64,000 bases of DNA, taken from Octopus sinensis. Taxonomy: Eukaryota. Location of the stretch: assembly GCF_006345805.1 (NCBI RefSeq), contig NC_043006.1:72788001-72852000 (forward strand), read 5' to 3'. This document shows, one piece after another, positions 49,097 through 61,363 of this stretch. Below the pieces are notes generated by a model that saw only the letters and a program-made list of their open reading frames with translations, was not told where the DNA came from and made no database searches. The first letter of the stretch is position 1. Each line of letters begins with the position of its first letter. The translations under genes were made by a program, and so were the position numbers.

Positions 49097-49327
49097 GGCA
49101 TCGAGCTGGCAGAAACATTAGCACGCCGGGCAAAATGCTTAGCGGTACTTTGTCTGCCGTTACGTTTTGAGTTCAAGTTCCACCGAGGTTGACTTTGCCT
49201 TTCATCCTTTCACGGTCGATAAATTACGTACCAGTTACACACTGGGGTCGATCTAATCGACTTAATCCCTTTGTCCTTGTTTGTCCCCTCTATGTTTAGC
49301 CCCTTGTGGGCAATAAAGAAATAAGAA
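49097..49327 (+). mobile_element. tRNA-derived SINE, family B (full length)
   Basis: ggcatcgagctggcagaaacattagcacgccgggc...gagttcaagttcc...catcctttcacggtcgataaattacgtaccag...caataaagaaata. Confidence 0.9.
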
Positions 49328-50103
49328 TTTTGTAGGTATCTTTGCTGCTCTAATCTTAAACTTTTTCATATGTGAAGGCACGTGGCTCAGTGGTTAGGGA
49401 ATTTGGCTCATGATTGTAAAGTCATGAGTTTGATACATGGCAGCACATTGTCCTTGAGCAAGACACACCATTTCATGTTGCTCCAGTCCATTCAGCTGTC
49501 AAAAATGCATAGTGCCTGTATTTCAAAGAGTCAGCCTTGTCACATTCTGTCTTGTTGAATTTCTCCAAAAACTGCATTAGGGGTACGTGTGTCTGTGGAG
49601 TGTTCAGCCACTTGCTTGTTAACTTTATGAGCAGGATTTTCCAGTGATTGAATCACCTGGAACCCTTGTTAAAACTGATGGAGTGCCAGTTACAAAAGTT
49701 ACTTAATCCTTTTGATAAAGAGTGCCCCTGGTTCTATGATGCAAACCTGGTACAATATCTAAACCAGGTACAATACTTATATTTTAAACACATTGACAAT
49801 AAAATATTTATCAGGACTAGAATACAAGTAGGACATTGTGTTATCTGACAGCAGAAAACATGGCTGACGATGCCTCACGTTCCAATGTAATTACACAAGT
49901 CCTTGCTTTTAATCATTTTCATAAAAACTTAACATTGGAGTCACTAGTCTGGTCCATATAAATGTCTAAATAGAGACAGACATGCTGAATGAGATACAAA
50001 AAGATAATATGGGTAATCATCTACTGTGCAAAATCAGCTTCTGTTTCATTAAAAGAACTTTTCTTTTTTCAATTTCACGTTGTGAGATTTAAAAATAGTA
50101 ATA

Positions 50104-50452
50104 GGTGTAGGAGTGGCTGTGTGGTAAGTAGCTTGCTTACCAACCACATGGTTCTGGGTTCAGTCCCACTGTGTGGCACCTTGGGCAAGTGTCTTCTACT
50201 ATAGCCTCAGGCTGACCAAAGCCTTGTGAGTGGATTTGGTAGATGGAAACAGAAAGAAGCCTGTTGTATATATGTATATATATCTGTGTTTGTGTGTTTA
50301 CGTCCCCGTAACTTAGCGCTTCAGCAAAAGAGACCGATTGAATAAGTACTAGGCTTACAAAGAAGAAGTCCTGGGTTGATTTGCTTGACTAAAGGCGGTG
50401 CTCCAGCATGGCCGCTGTCAAATGACTGAAACAAGTAAAAGAGTAAAAGAGA
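50104..50452 (+). mobile_element. tRNA-derived SINE, family A (full length)
   Basis: Head ggagtggctgtgtggtaagtagc...gggttcagtccc, internal (TA)n, tail gaaacaagtaaaagagtaaaagag. Confidence 0.9.
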
Positions 50453-51160
50453 GTTCTAATGGGCAGGATGTTTGTAAAACACCATTATTTGAAACGGGGG
50501 CACTGAACTAAAGACTGCCAAACACATGAGGGAACGTGGATTGGATCTGTGGTTTGCAAAGAATGTTATAAAGAGTACAGAGCACAATGACCTTTTTATT
50601 AATTGGACAATTGTTCTTTGAAACCAAACACAATTATTGCATGAAATGATTCTAGTTGCTGTGAAGATATTTGAAGCAAATTATTGCATCAAACATCATC
50701 AAGAATCAAGACTGGTAGGGTTAATCTTTTATTTTCGACCTTAATTCACAAGTCATAGAATGCTTGTAGGAGATCTGACTCTGGTGTGGCTTTGTTTACA
50801 ACCAGGCAGACAGGAATGTACAATGACTGTTAAGCTAAGGTGCTTGACCACTCAAATCTTAACTGTTTGTGTTTTGTTCCTGAAGAAGGACAATCTAACA
50901 TTTCCTCCAGCTGACACACATATATACTCAGAAGAGAACAATCTATCCTACTCATTAAAGCAAGGAGACAAGGATGAGAGAAGTGTCCCAAAGAAGTGAT
51001 TTTTCTAAGAGCTTTGCATATTTATTTGGTCACTCCATTTCTGTGCTTTCAGTTCCTAGACTAATATTTATTAGCGCTTTTGTTACTATATTTCTGTTGA
51101 AATACACTGTCTTGGTGTCAATTAATTTTGAAAATAATGACAAACTTAATTAAAATATCT

Positions 51161-51534
51161 TACTCTTTTACTTGTTTCAGTCATTTGACTGTGGCCATGC
51201 TGGAGCACCGCCTTTTGTCGAGCAAATTGACCCCAGGACTCATTCTTTGTAAGCCTAGTACTTATTCTATCGGTGTCTTTTGCCGAACCACTAAGCTACG
51301 GGGACATAAACACACCAGTATCGGTTGTCAAACGATGTTGGGGAGGACAAACACACATATATACATATACATATATACGATGGGCTTCTTTTAGTTTCTG
51401 TCTACTAAATCCACTCACAAGACTTTGGTCAGCCTGAGGCTATAGTAGAAGACACTTGCCCAAGGTGCCATGCAGTGGAACTGAACCCGGAACCATGTGG
51501 TTGGTAAGCAAGCTACTTACCACACAGCCACTCT
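51161..51534 (-). mobile_element. tRNA-derived SINE, family A (full length)
   Basis: Reverse complement of 50104-50452. Confidence 0.9.
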
Positions 51535-51596
51535 TTGAAACCTTGTCTTAATAATGGCAAAGCTATTTTATTAAGTTTTAATTTAGATCACTTTAA

Positions 51597-51813
51597 CCTT
51601 TTAGCTTTCTGGTTACTCTGAAAAAATGCAAGGCTTATTTAGACTGTTTTTAATTAATCATGCATTATCACATAGCTTTGATATTCTGATGACCTGTTTC
51701 TTTCTGTTTAGAATCACATTGTAAGGTTGGTGTGAGAAGCCAGATCCAGCTGGTTTGAACATAGAACAGATTAATTATTTGGGTTGGATATGGCTGGTTC
51801 AAATGCTAACGGG
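51597..51813 (-). mobile_element. piggyBac-type MITE, family P2
   Basis: TTAA flanks at 51593-96 and 51814-17; reverse complement of 45733-45940. Confidence 0.8.
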
Positions 51814-53049
51814 TTAAACAGGAAGTTTGTATCATAAAATCAAAAGGATGATGAAGTAAAAAAAAAAAAAGAGTTAATTAATGACATGAGAAAAAATATA
51901 CCATTCAACCCTTCTTCAGAAACATACTGCATCAGGGAAGTGATATAGTATAGTAAATGTCAGGATCCTTTTATTGAATAGATATGAAGAGCTGTGTATC
52001 ATGTTTCTGTGGAGAGACTTTCGTCAGCTTCAAGAATCACTTACGGAATTTTCTCTTGCTGTTCTGCTCTGTTCTCTTGCTTCTTAACTTTTTTTTTTGT
52101 TTTTGTTTTTCATATCATACAAAGATTTCTCTTTATCGGTTGGTTTTAACCAACATGGCTTTAATTATTATGTCTTATCAGTACTTAACAAATCTTCAGG
52201 ACTATATATTGTAATCCCATTTAATCATAGTGGATTTTAAAAAAAAAAATTGATGAGCAGGTTGATGGAGTGGGGGTGAGATATTCTTGACGAGGAAAAG
52301 ATGTGGCTCTGTTAATTTTGTTTTAAATTTGTTTGTTTTATAAAGTCTTAATCTAAAACTGATTTATTCAGATTTAATATTCACTTAATCCTTTTTTTCT
52401 TTTATTTATTAGAATTATTTTCAAGAAAATAATTCTTATTAGAATTATTTTTAAGAAAATATATTTTTGTAAAATATATTTTGCTAACTAAATGTGGCAG
52501 TTCCATAGAGGACAATGTTACTGTTGTTTTTAACACCAGGTAGACATCTCCTCCAGCTGGCTAACAACACACTGTCTGTGTCTGATTAGTATTTGCAAGG
52601 GGAGGTCATCACTCCCATCTCTAGCCTTATGTGATACACACAGACCCGGGTTTCTGAGTACTTACCTGTCTTCAGTGTGTGATAATCACCAGCTAGTGAT
52701 GGAAACTCATTCCACTCTCAATGTACTATATGCTTTTTCCAGCGACAGTTTGTCGCTGATCTCAAAAAAGGAGAAATAAGCTATATTAAATCTGTTTTTA
52801 TTTTTTATTCTGTTGTATATGTATACACACACACACACACACACTTTTTTACTGGTTTCAGTCATTGGATTATGGCCATGCGGGGCACCACCTTAGAGGA
52901 TTTAAGTGGTCAAATTGATTCCAGTACTTATTTTAGGTCTGGTATTTATTCCGTTGCTCTCTTTGTTGGCATGAGTTGGAGGGTTTGACCCTTTCTCATT
53001 CAATTTCATATTACACTCTGTATTCAACTAGTGCCTTATTCTGAAGCTT

Positions 53050-53376
53050 ATGTTTATTGATTTCTAACACCAGGTTATTATTATCATTATGCTGAAGTGA
53101 AACTTTAAAATATATAGTATCTTCTGTAAAGATTTGTCTGTTTGGTGAAAGGTATGAAAGTCTTTGAGAGATGTTAGGAATAAAGTGGTTGATAATGGTA
53201 CTCGGAGGATTTGAATGAACATGGATGTAATGCTAAGATTTATAGAAGGAGAAGTTGAAAGAGTTCTTTGAAAGATCAAGTGTTAAACCAAATGAATCTT
53301 TGCATTACATCCATGTTTGCTCAAATCACCTCACTAGTATTATCAACCACTGTAATTTTAACATCTCTCAAAGACT
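53050..53376 (-). pseudogene. Penelope-like RT C-terminal remnant with an inverted duplication
   Basis: Minus frame HYIHVHSNPPSTIINHFIPNISQRLSYLSPNRQIF resembles the Penelope RT thumb motif YIH..SNHP..I....I..RLS.LS.N..IF. 53302-53376 is an inverted copy of 53159-53233. Confidence 0.6.
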
Positions 53377-53447
53377 TGTGTCTGTGTGTGTGTGTGTGGA
53401 TAGATAGATTGGTATAAAGAGAGTGTAATAAAATAATAAATAAATGT

Positions 53448-53690
53448 GCTCTTTTAAAGCCTAGCCAGGCTCATGGGCCTGGTTTCTTGGTTTCTATGGT
53501 GTATGTGTTTCCAGCTGGATGGGGTGCCAGTCCATCGCAGCATTACTCATTTTTGCCAGCTGAGTGGAGTGGAGCAATGTGAAATGAAGTGTTTTGCTCA
53601 AGAACACAATGTGTCACCCAGTCCAGCAATCGAAACCACAATCTTACGATCATGATGCTGACACCTTAACCACTAAGCCATGCGCCTCCA
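53448..53690 (-). mobile_element. tRNA-derived SINE (family C head with D-like tail)
   Basis: aagcctagccaggctcatggg tail; head ccttaaccactaagccatgcgcctcc. Confidence 0.8.
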
Positions 53691-54555
53691 CATAAAGAGA
53701 ATGTTACATGGTTGAAATAGTTAAGAAGTGTGCTTTGCGATCATGAGATCTATTTTGAATTTTCTGTGTGCGTAAAGTATTTCCCCTTTTGAAATATGTA
53801 TCTTTATTATAGGTATTTCCTGTAATGCAGTCTTTGTTTCCTTCTTGAAGTCACATACTGTAGCAGCACTTCAGACTGAGAAAACATAATTGGTAGCCAG
53901 TTAAGGAATAAATAGTTGCTGATAATTCATTTCTTCTAATGCAGTATTTTTCCTTCTATTTTTCCATTTAGTTACTCTCTTCACTGTTTGTCTCTCTCTC
54001 TCTCTCAACAATAAATCATTCCCTTTTATTCTCTACCCTCTCATGTTACCTTATCTAAAATCATTCACTCTATGTTATTCTCTTTTCAGTTGGGGGACCT
54101 CTTTAGGCTCTTTAATTTTGCAAGTTGCCAGATGACCTTGTTAGTGCTGCTGCCAAGAAAAAAAGGCACCCACTACACACTGCATCCCTTTATAGTATTC
54201 AGACCACTCTGTCAATTGTAATGCTTATTCATTCATATTGTTTAGAATGAATCATGCTTTATCTTCTAGCTTTGAGATTTTGATATGGTTGTACAGTTGT
54301 TTATTTTTAGGATTACTTTATAGGGCAGGTGTGAAAGGCCTGGATGTAGATGGTTCAGACATAAAACTGGTAGAGTATTTGGACTAGATAAATGTCAAGA
54401 CAGACAAAATGACCAGTTTAAATGGTAAAGGGTTAAAGTAATTGGTTATTAGGAAGATCTTCCAGCCATAGAAACCATGCCAAAAGCTGAGACAATGGAG
54501 CACAGTGTGGTCCTCTAACTTATCAGATCCTGTAGGACCATCAAATGTATGATGA

Positions 54556-54950
54556 TACTCTTTTACTTGTTTCAGTCATTTGACTGCGGCCATGCTGGAG
54601 CACCACCTTTAATCGAGCAACTCGACCCCGGGACTTATTCTTTTTGTAAGCCCAGTACTTATTCTATCAGTCTCTTTTTGCCGAACCGCTAAGTGACGGG
54701 GACATAAACACCCCAGCATCGGTTGTCAAGCAATGCTAGGGGGACAAACACAGACACACAAACACACACACACACATACATATATACGACAGGCTTCTTT
54801 CAGTTTCCGTCTACCAAATCCACTCACAAGGCATTGGTTGGCCCGGGGCTATAGCAGAAGACACTTGCCCAAGATGCCATGCAGTGGGACTGAACCTGGA
54901 ACCATGTGGTTGGTTAGCAAGCTACTTACCACACAGCCACTCCTGTGCCT
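54556..54950 (-). mobile_element. tRNA-derived SINE, family A (full length)
   Basis: Same modules as 51161-51534. Confidence 0.9.
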
Positions 54951-55466
54951 ATGATGATGATATTTATATTACTTCTTACTGTTAGATTATTATTAAGTGG
55001 GTGAGCTGGCAGAACTGTTAGCACATTAGACAAAATGCTTAGCAGCATTTTGTCTGTTTTGACATTCTAGACTCAAATTCCATCAAGGGTGACTTTGCCT
55101 TTCATCCGTTTGGGATTGATAAAATAATTGTTAGAAAAATACTGGGGTTGATGTACTCGACTTCTCCCTCTCCTCAAAAACTGCTGGCCCTGCGCCAAAA
55201 TATCAAACTTATCATTCTCATAAATGTGCAAACATGGCTGTGTCATTAAAAAATTTGCTCTGTAATTATGTCTTCTTCTGGGTCTCGCACTGCTTGATGT
55301 CTGTGTTGATTTGTTTACATATACCCTAACCCTAACCCTACATGGTTCAGCAAAAAGAGATTGATTTCCTAGTAACAATCATTAAAAATTTTTGAGTTGA
55401 TTTCATTTATTGAATCCTTTGTGGCAGTGCCTCAGAATTGCTATATAGTCCAGTGACTACACTTAA

Positions 55467-55909
55467 CCCTTTTGTTACTAACCCGGCCAAAACCGGCTCT
55501 GGCTCTGTGGTAAAATGTCTTGTTTTCGTAAGTTTTGAATTAAAATATTCCACCAAACCTTAGTCACAATTTACGTTCCTAACAATAGCTTAATGATAAC
55601 GAAGTTATTTTACTAAATTCTTTTTTATGTTTAAAATAATTGAAAGAAACACAGAGCATCTCAAAATAAATACAGTAACGAAAGGGTTAAGTCAGTAAGA
55701 AAATATTAACTCTTTCGTTACCAACTCGGCTGAAACCAGCTCTGGCTCTTTAGTATAAATGTCTTGTTTCCATTAAGTTTTGAATTCAAATCTTCCACTA
55801 AATCTAAGTCACAATTTATGTTCCTAACACTAGCTTAATGATAACAATGTTATTTAAAATTATTGGAAGAAACACAGAGCATCTCAAAATAAATACAGTA
55901 ACGAAAGGG
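55467..55909 (+). mobile_element. Two adjacent piggyBac-type P1 MITEs (55467-55686 and 55710-55909)
   Basis: Each is flanked by TTAA, with CCCTTT(T/C)GTTAC...GTAACGAAAGGG-type termini. Confidence 0.9.
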
Positions 55910-56339
55910 TTAAATAGTATTCTAAATAGAATGAAATAAGAACAAGTGCTGATCCGTCAATCCTCTATATTGCTGTAAATGGCATTGAAGTGGGGGACAC
56001 ACGCACGCACAAATACATGCGTGCATGAATCAATGAGTAAGAAAAGGGGAAGAAGAAAATATTTCAGGAACCAGTGGAAACATTCCTAGAGCTTCTGTTC
56101 TATATAAAGCATTTCCTTAAGAATTGGTTCCAATTTAAAACTATTTCATTCATGTGTTAAGGTAAGAGGCCTTGTGGTTAGGGTGTTAGGTTCATGAAAG
56201 TGAAGTCAGAGGTTTGATTTCTGGACTATGTAACACATTGTGTCCTGAACTCATGCTAGGATTTTGAGGGACAGGGTTAGTTGATTACATTGACCTCATC
56301 ACTTAACTTATACTTTATGTGGTATGTGTATATATATAT

Positions 56340-56385
<46 letters not shown>

Positions 56386-56714
56386 GTCTATTTTTGTGTG
56401 TATATATATGTACATGTGTGTGTTTATATATATATATGTATACATACATACACACATATATATATGTGTGTGTATTTATATGTATATATATGTGTGTGTG
56501 TGTGTGTGTATATATATATTTATATATACAAGATAAGAAAATGGAAAAATACATCTAAATCAAATATCAATTACCAGATAATACTCAATCACATACTTTA
56601 TTAAACCACCACATAAGAGACTGTAGGGTTAAACATAAAAAAGCAGAACAAATCAGTGTACATAAAGGAATGTACATAAAAAAGAGAATATACATATAAG
56701 TAAATATAAATATA

Positions 56715-56947
56715 TATTTCTTTACTGCCCACAAGGGGCTAAACATAGAAGGGACGAACAAGGACAGACAAAGGGATTAAGTCGATTACATCGACCCCAG
56801 TGCGTAACTGGTACTTAATTTATCGACCCCGAAAGGATGAAAGGCAAAGTCGACCTCGGCGGATTTTGAACCCAGAACACTTAACGGCAGACGAAATACG
56901 GCTAAGCATTTCGCCCGGCGTGCTAACGTTTCTGCCAGCTCGCCGCC
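56715..56947 (-). mobile_element. tRNA-derived SINE, family B (young, CpG-retaining)
   Basis: Reverse complement of 49097-49327, with CpGs intact. Confidence 0.9.
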
Positions 56948-56977
56948 CTCATATATATAAATATAAGTATAGATTAC

Positions 56978-57104
56978 ATCTTACAGCTGTTTCGGCCATG
57001 TAGATAAGTATGTCTCATTTTACCAATATTGGCCTTTTATGATAGGTCAATATATAGATATAAATGAGACTATTACAAAAATATCATAAGGCCTCCTCGG
57101 AGAT
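56978..57104 (-). ncRNA. Degenerate type I hammerhead motif with long stem II (Penelope-like remnant)
   Basis: Minus strand: ATCT-CCGAGGA-GGCC[~90 nt]GGCC-GAAA-CAGCTG-TA-AGAT. Stem I ATCT/AGAT, palindromic stem III ACAGCTGT, GUA triplet; core U4 is changed to C. Confidence 0.6.
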
Positions 57105-57472
57105 ATACATATACATGAGTGCATATACTCACACTACTATACATATAAAAATATACATATACATAATAATGTAAATAAATAATATAAATTAGTAAACATA
57201 TATACGTTCCACATTCAATGTTTCAGTTCTTCAACTTAATATTGTGATAATAAACATACACATATTAGTACCTAGATGCAAATATACACAGTCAATAGTA
57301 CATTATATTACTTCCCACTAATTTCCAAAGTGTCATTAAAGTTAGCATCATTATCGTTGTCAGATGCAATTATACATAGTCAATAGTACATTATATTACT
57401 TCCTACTAATTTCCAAAGTGTCATTAAAGTTAGCATCATTATCATTGTCAATACAATTAATGTTATCATTAT

Positions 57473-57873
57473 TGTCACCGGCACGGAGGCTGGCCCCCGT
57501 GCCGGTGACACGTAAAAGCACCGTCCGTTCATGGCCGTTTGCCAGCTCTGTCTGGCCCCGTGTCGGCAGCATGTAAAAGCACCATCCGTTCGTGTCCATT
57601 GCCAGCATCGCCTGGCCCCGTGCCGGTGACACGTAAAAGCACCATCCGTTCGTGGCCGTTGTGCCAGCTATGTCTGGCACCTGTGCAGGTGGCACGTAAA
57701 AAACACCCACTACACTTGCGGAGTGGTTGGCGTTAATAAGGGCATCCAGCCGTAGAAACACTGCCAAATCTGACTGGGCCTGATGAAGCCTTCCGGCTTC
57801 ACAGACCCCAGTTAAACTGTCCAACCCATGCTAGCATGGAAAACGGACGCTAAATGATGATGATGATGATGAT
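57473..57873 (+). mobile_element. 5'-truncated RTE 3' UTR copy (four ~60-bp units, (GAT)n tail)
   Basis: cacgtaaaagcacc units, gagtggttggcgttaataagggcatccagc and atgatgatg tail. Confidence 0.9.
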
Positions 57874-58578
57874 TATTATCATTCATAATATTATTAATAA
57901 CGCTTACATTAGGATCCAAAGTGGCACATATGTATGTCCGGGTTCAAGTTAGTAATTTTCCTTATGTATTTACATACATACATGCGCTCAGTCAACCTTC
58001 TCTTAGGAAATGCATCCAGCCATAAAAACTGTGCCAAAGCAGACACTGAAGCCTGGTGCAGTCTTCTGCCTAACCAGCTCCTGTCAAACTGTCCAACCCA
58101 TGCCAGCAAGGAAAGCAGTTGTTAAATTATGATGATATATATATATATATATATATATAAAGTTTCAAAAATTGAACAGAAGCACAACAAAGGAACAAAC
58201 AGAAAATTCACACACACACCATTCATGTGCATGCTCTTTCCCTGTTAGTTATTGTCCAAAAAATCATTACAATTTCACACTTTTTACCATAGCTTTGTTC
58301 ATTTTGGGTGGTGTCGACAGTAAAACATTGGTGTGTATAATGAGCAAATGTGGAGGACAGTGACCAAAATGAACACAGCACAGGTAGGGCGTGTGAATAT
58401 AAAAATACAAACAAAATCAAGGCCACACAGCTTCGAGACGGAGAGGACAAGACGTGTATACGTAATGGAAAATGATGTCTTGTAGGACTAGAAACAGAAA
58501 GTGGAGAGATGAAAATATAGAATGAAATATATACATACATAAATATACATATATATACATGTATATGTGTATATATAC

Positions 58579-58611
<33 letters not shown>

Positions 58612-58647
58612 AATAAATAAAAATATATGTACACAGATATTTGTATG

Positions 58648-58882
58648 TATCATCATCGTTTAACGTCAATTTTCCATTTTAGCATGGGTCGGACGGTTCG
58701 AACGGGGTTTGGTAAGCCAGGAGGCCGCACCAGGCTCTAGTCTGATCTGGCAGTGTTTCTACAGCTGGATGCCCTTCCTAACGCCAACCACTCCATGAGT
58801 ATAGTGGGTGCTTTTTACGTGCCACTGGCATAGGGGCCAGAGGAGGCTGGAAATGGCTACAATCGGTTGGTGCTTTTTATGT
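58648..58882 (-). mobile_element. 5'-truncated RTE 3' UTR copy
   Basis: catcatcgtttaacg...ctggatgcccttcctaacgccaaccactcc...ggtgctttttatg. Confidence 0.85.
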
Positions 58883-61363
58883 GTGTATAATATTTATCCT
58901 GTGAGAATGAGAGGCAAGGTTGACCGTAACAGGATTTGAACTCAGAATATATAAAAAAACCATGACTAAATATTGCAATATATTTTATCTGCTGCTTAAT
59001 GATTCTTCCAAATAATAGAAATTTTAACTGAGAAGTCGGGGTGTAAATATATACCAAGGTTCTCAAAGAACAACAGATTGACTGGTAACCATGCTCTGAA
59101 AATATACAAATCAAGGCTAATTGGTAGCATATTGTTAAGAACTCATAAAGAGTTCCCTTTCAGCAAAATATTATTAGCCCAACAGGCTATGAAAAATGGA
59201 GCAATTATCCAAATGTTAAAGTCTGAAAATAGAGATAACCTGAATCTAGGGACTGAGAACAGAAATCATATCTATGTTAATAAGTGCCTTGGGAATGATA
59301 TAAAGCAAACAAAAAAAAAACATTCCTACAAATACATAACCAAAGTCTCTGGGTCTTGTACATACATTAGAAATAAATTTTATCATCATCTCAGTGGATT
59401 GGCAAAACCTTTAGAGAGTCAGACATTCCTTGTGGTATTTCTTTTAGTTCTTGAGTTCATATCCTGTTGAGGTCATCCTTGGTTTTTATTTCTTTGGGCT
59501 TAATAAAATAAAGTACCAGTTGAGTACTGGAGGGGAAGGAGACCCCCTTCGGTCATGAATGACCATTGGATTGCACTTAGAAAGTTACCCTCCCAGGCAC
59601 AAGTCAGGGCAAGATTGTTTGTGGAAGGCTAGCAGTTGCCCTGCATACCAGCCTCTCCTCTCCACACCACTGATGCTTTCCAAGGGAAAGGCAAAGGCTG
59701 ATACAGCTTAGCACCATTGATGCCGCAATGTGAAATAGTGTCTTTCTCAAGAACAGAACACACAGCCCAGTCTGGGAATCGAACTTACAACCTCTTGATC
59801 GTAAGCTCTACGCTCTAACCATTGAGCCATGCACCTTCACATTAAGTACTAGTGTCAGTGCTATGAACTCATGAACTCCTTTCAAAATTGCTAGCCTTGT
59901 ACCTAATTTAGCAGTATTTCATGTCTTTACATTCTGAGTTCAAATTTTACCAAAGTTGACTTTGTCTTTCATCCTTTTAGGCTCAATGAAATAAGTCAAG
60001 CACTAGGGGTCGATGTAATCAACTAGTCCCCTCCCTCAAAATTTCAGGCCTTGTGCCTATAGCAGAAAGGATTATCATTATTATTATTTTGTTAGCACAG
60101 TGGCATTTTGTTTTTCTTTATGTTCCAGGTTCAATTTCCACTGAGGTTGGCTTTGCTTTTCATCTCTTTGGGGTTGATAAAATAAGTACCAGTTGAGCAC
60201 TGAGGTTGATGTAATTGATTTACCCCTCTGCTGAAATTGCTGGTCTTGTGCCAAAATTTGAAATCATATTATTTTGTAGGATTTAGTTAAGTCTAATTCC
60301 TCTCAATAATGTCTGCATATTCTCACCTCCAGGCCTTGTTTGTATTGTAGGCTTTTACAGTAAAATTAGTCATAATCTTATTATTTGAGTGCTTGTATAT
60401 TTTATTGCATGCTTTTACTGCACAACTGAATGCAGCTGGTGTCTTGGGTGTCTGCATTGTTATTGTTTTTTTTTGTGTTTTTTTCTTGTATTTGAAGTAC
60501 TCTGTATTGTTTGTAGTGCTTCTTAGTTTGTGTTTGTGCATGTGTGCAGTGTCGAGTGGATTTGTATGTTGTATGTGTGTACATGTTTGTGTATATGCAT
60601 ATGTATATAAATGTGTGTGTGTGTGTATATATACATATATATATATATATATGTGTGTGTGTATATATATAAAAAATAATCTATGTGTGTGTAATATATA
60701 ATTATATTTATATCAGGTTGCTTGAGAGGGCTTCTGGTAATATGTAACCCAGTACAACCTGTTGCATGGTTAGGTCATTGACAACAAAACTGACATCCTC
60801 CCCAATCTTGCTTGGTGAAGAATGGGGGGGTTTGAGTATCCTGCTGGATGAGATACAAGACCACTTATATTAAGCAGATGAACTAAGAGCAGTGTGTGTG
60901 TGTGGGAAGGGGGAAGGGGGTCAGTGGCTATTTAATAATGTATTCATATACTCATTAAATATCTGTATGCTTAGTGGCATGCTCACATTTCATTCAAGTT
61001 AGACCCGGGACAAATAAGCTGCATGCATGTGCGAGCATTCTTGGGTTTGCTTCTGCTTGACAACTGGTGTTGGTTTGTTTATGTCCCCATAACATAATAG
61101 TTAAGCAAAAAGTGGCTGATAGAATAAGTGCGTTCTCATTACTCTGTATGGTGCATAGGACTGGTTTCTCGGTTTCTCTGGCGTATATATTCCCCACCTG
61201 GATGGGGATGCTGGTCCATTGTAGGATTATTCAATTTTACCAGCTGAGTTGGTTTGAGAATAAAACAAGCAGAATATTTTGGCCAGATATGGCCAGTTTT
61301 AATGCTAAAGGGTCAATTATTAAGTTGGTGTTTTGAACATAAATTGACGTGAAATTTTGATAA

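Noticed and set aside
51998-52028. Minus-strand CTGACGA...GAAAC motif
   Set aside because: Stem II cannot pair and stem I is not adjacent to a cleavage triplet.
52659-52670. TACTTACCTG resembling the U1 snRNA 5' end
   Set aside because: Downstream sequence does not match U1. It is simply a consensus splice-donor complement, and all upstream minus-strand frames I tried are closed.
55324-55340. Telomere-type (CCCTAA)n
   Set aside because: Fewer than three units; too short to call an interstitial telomeric array.
57290-57449. ~88-bp direct tandem duplication
   Set aside because: A simple local duplication in AT-rich DNA with no structural or coding signal.
59003-59470. Long stop-free frame (130-aa ORF in the track)
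   Set aside because: No clear domain; only a faint resemblance to LINE RT C-termini (LKIYKS), and the 3' part runs into SINE sequence.
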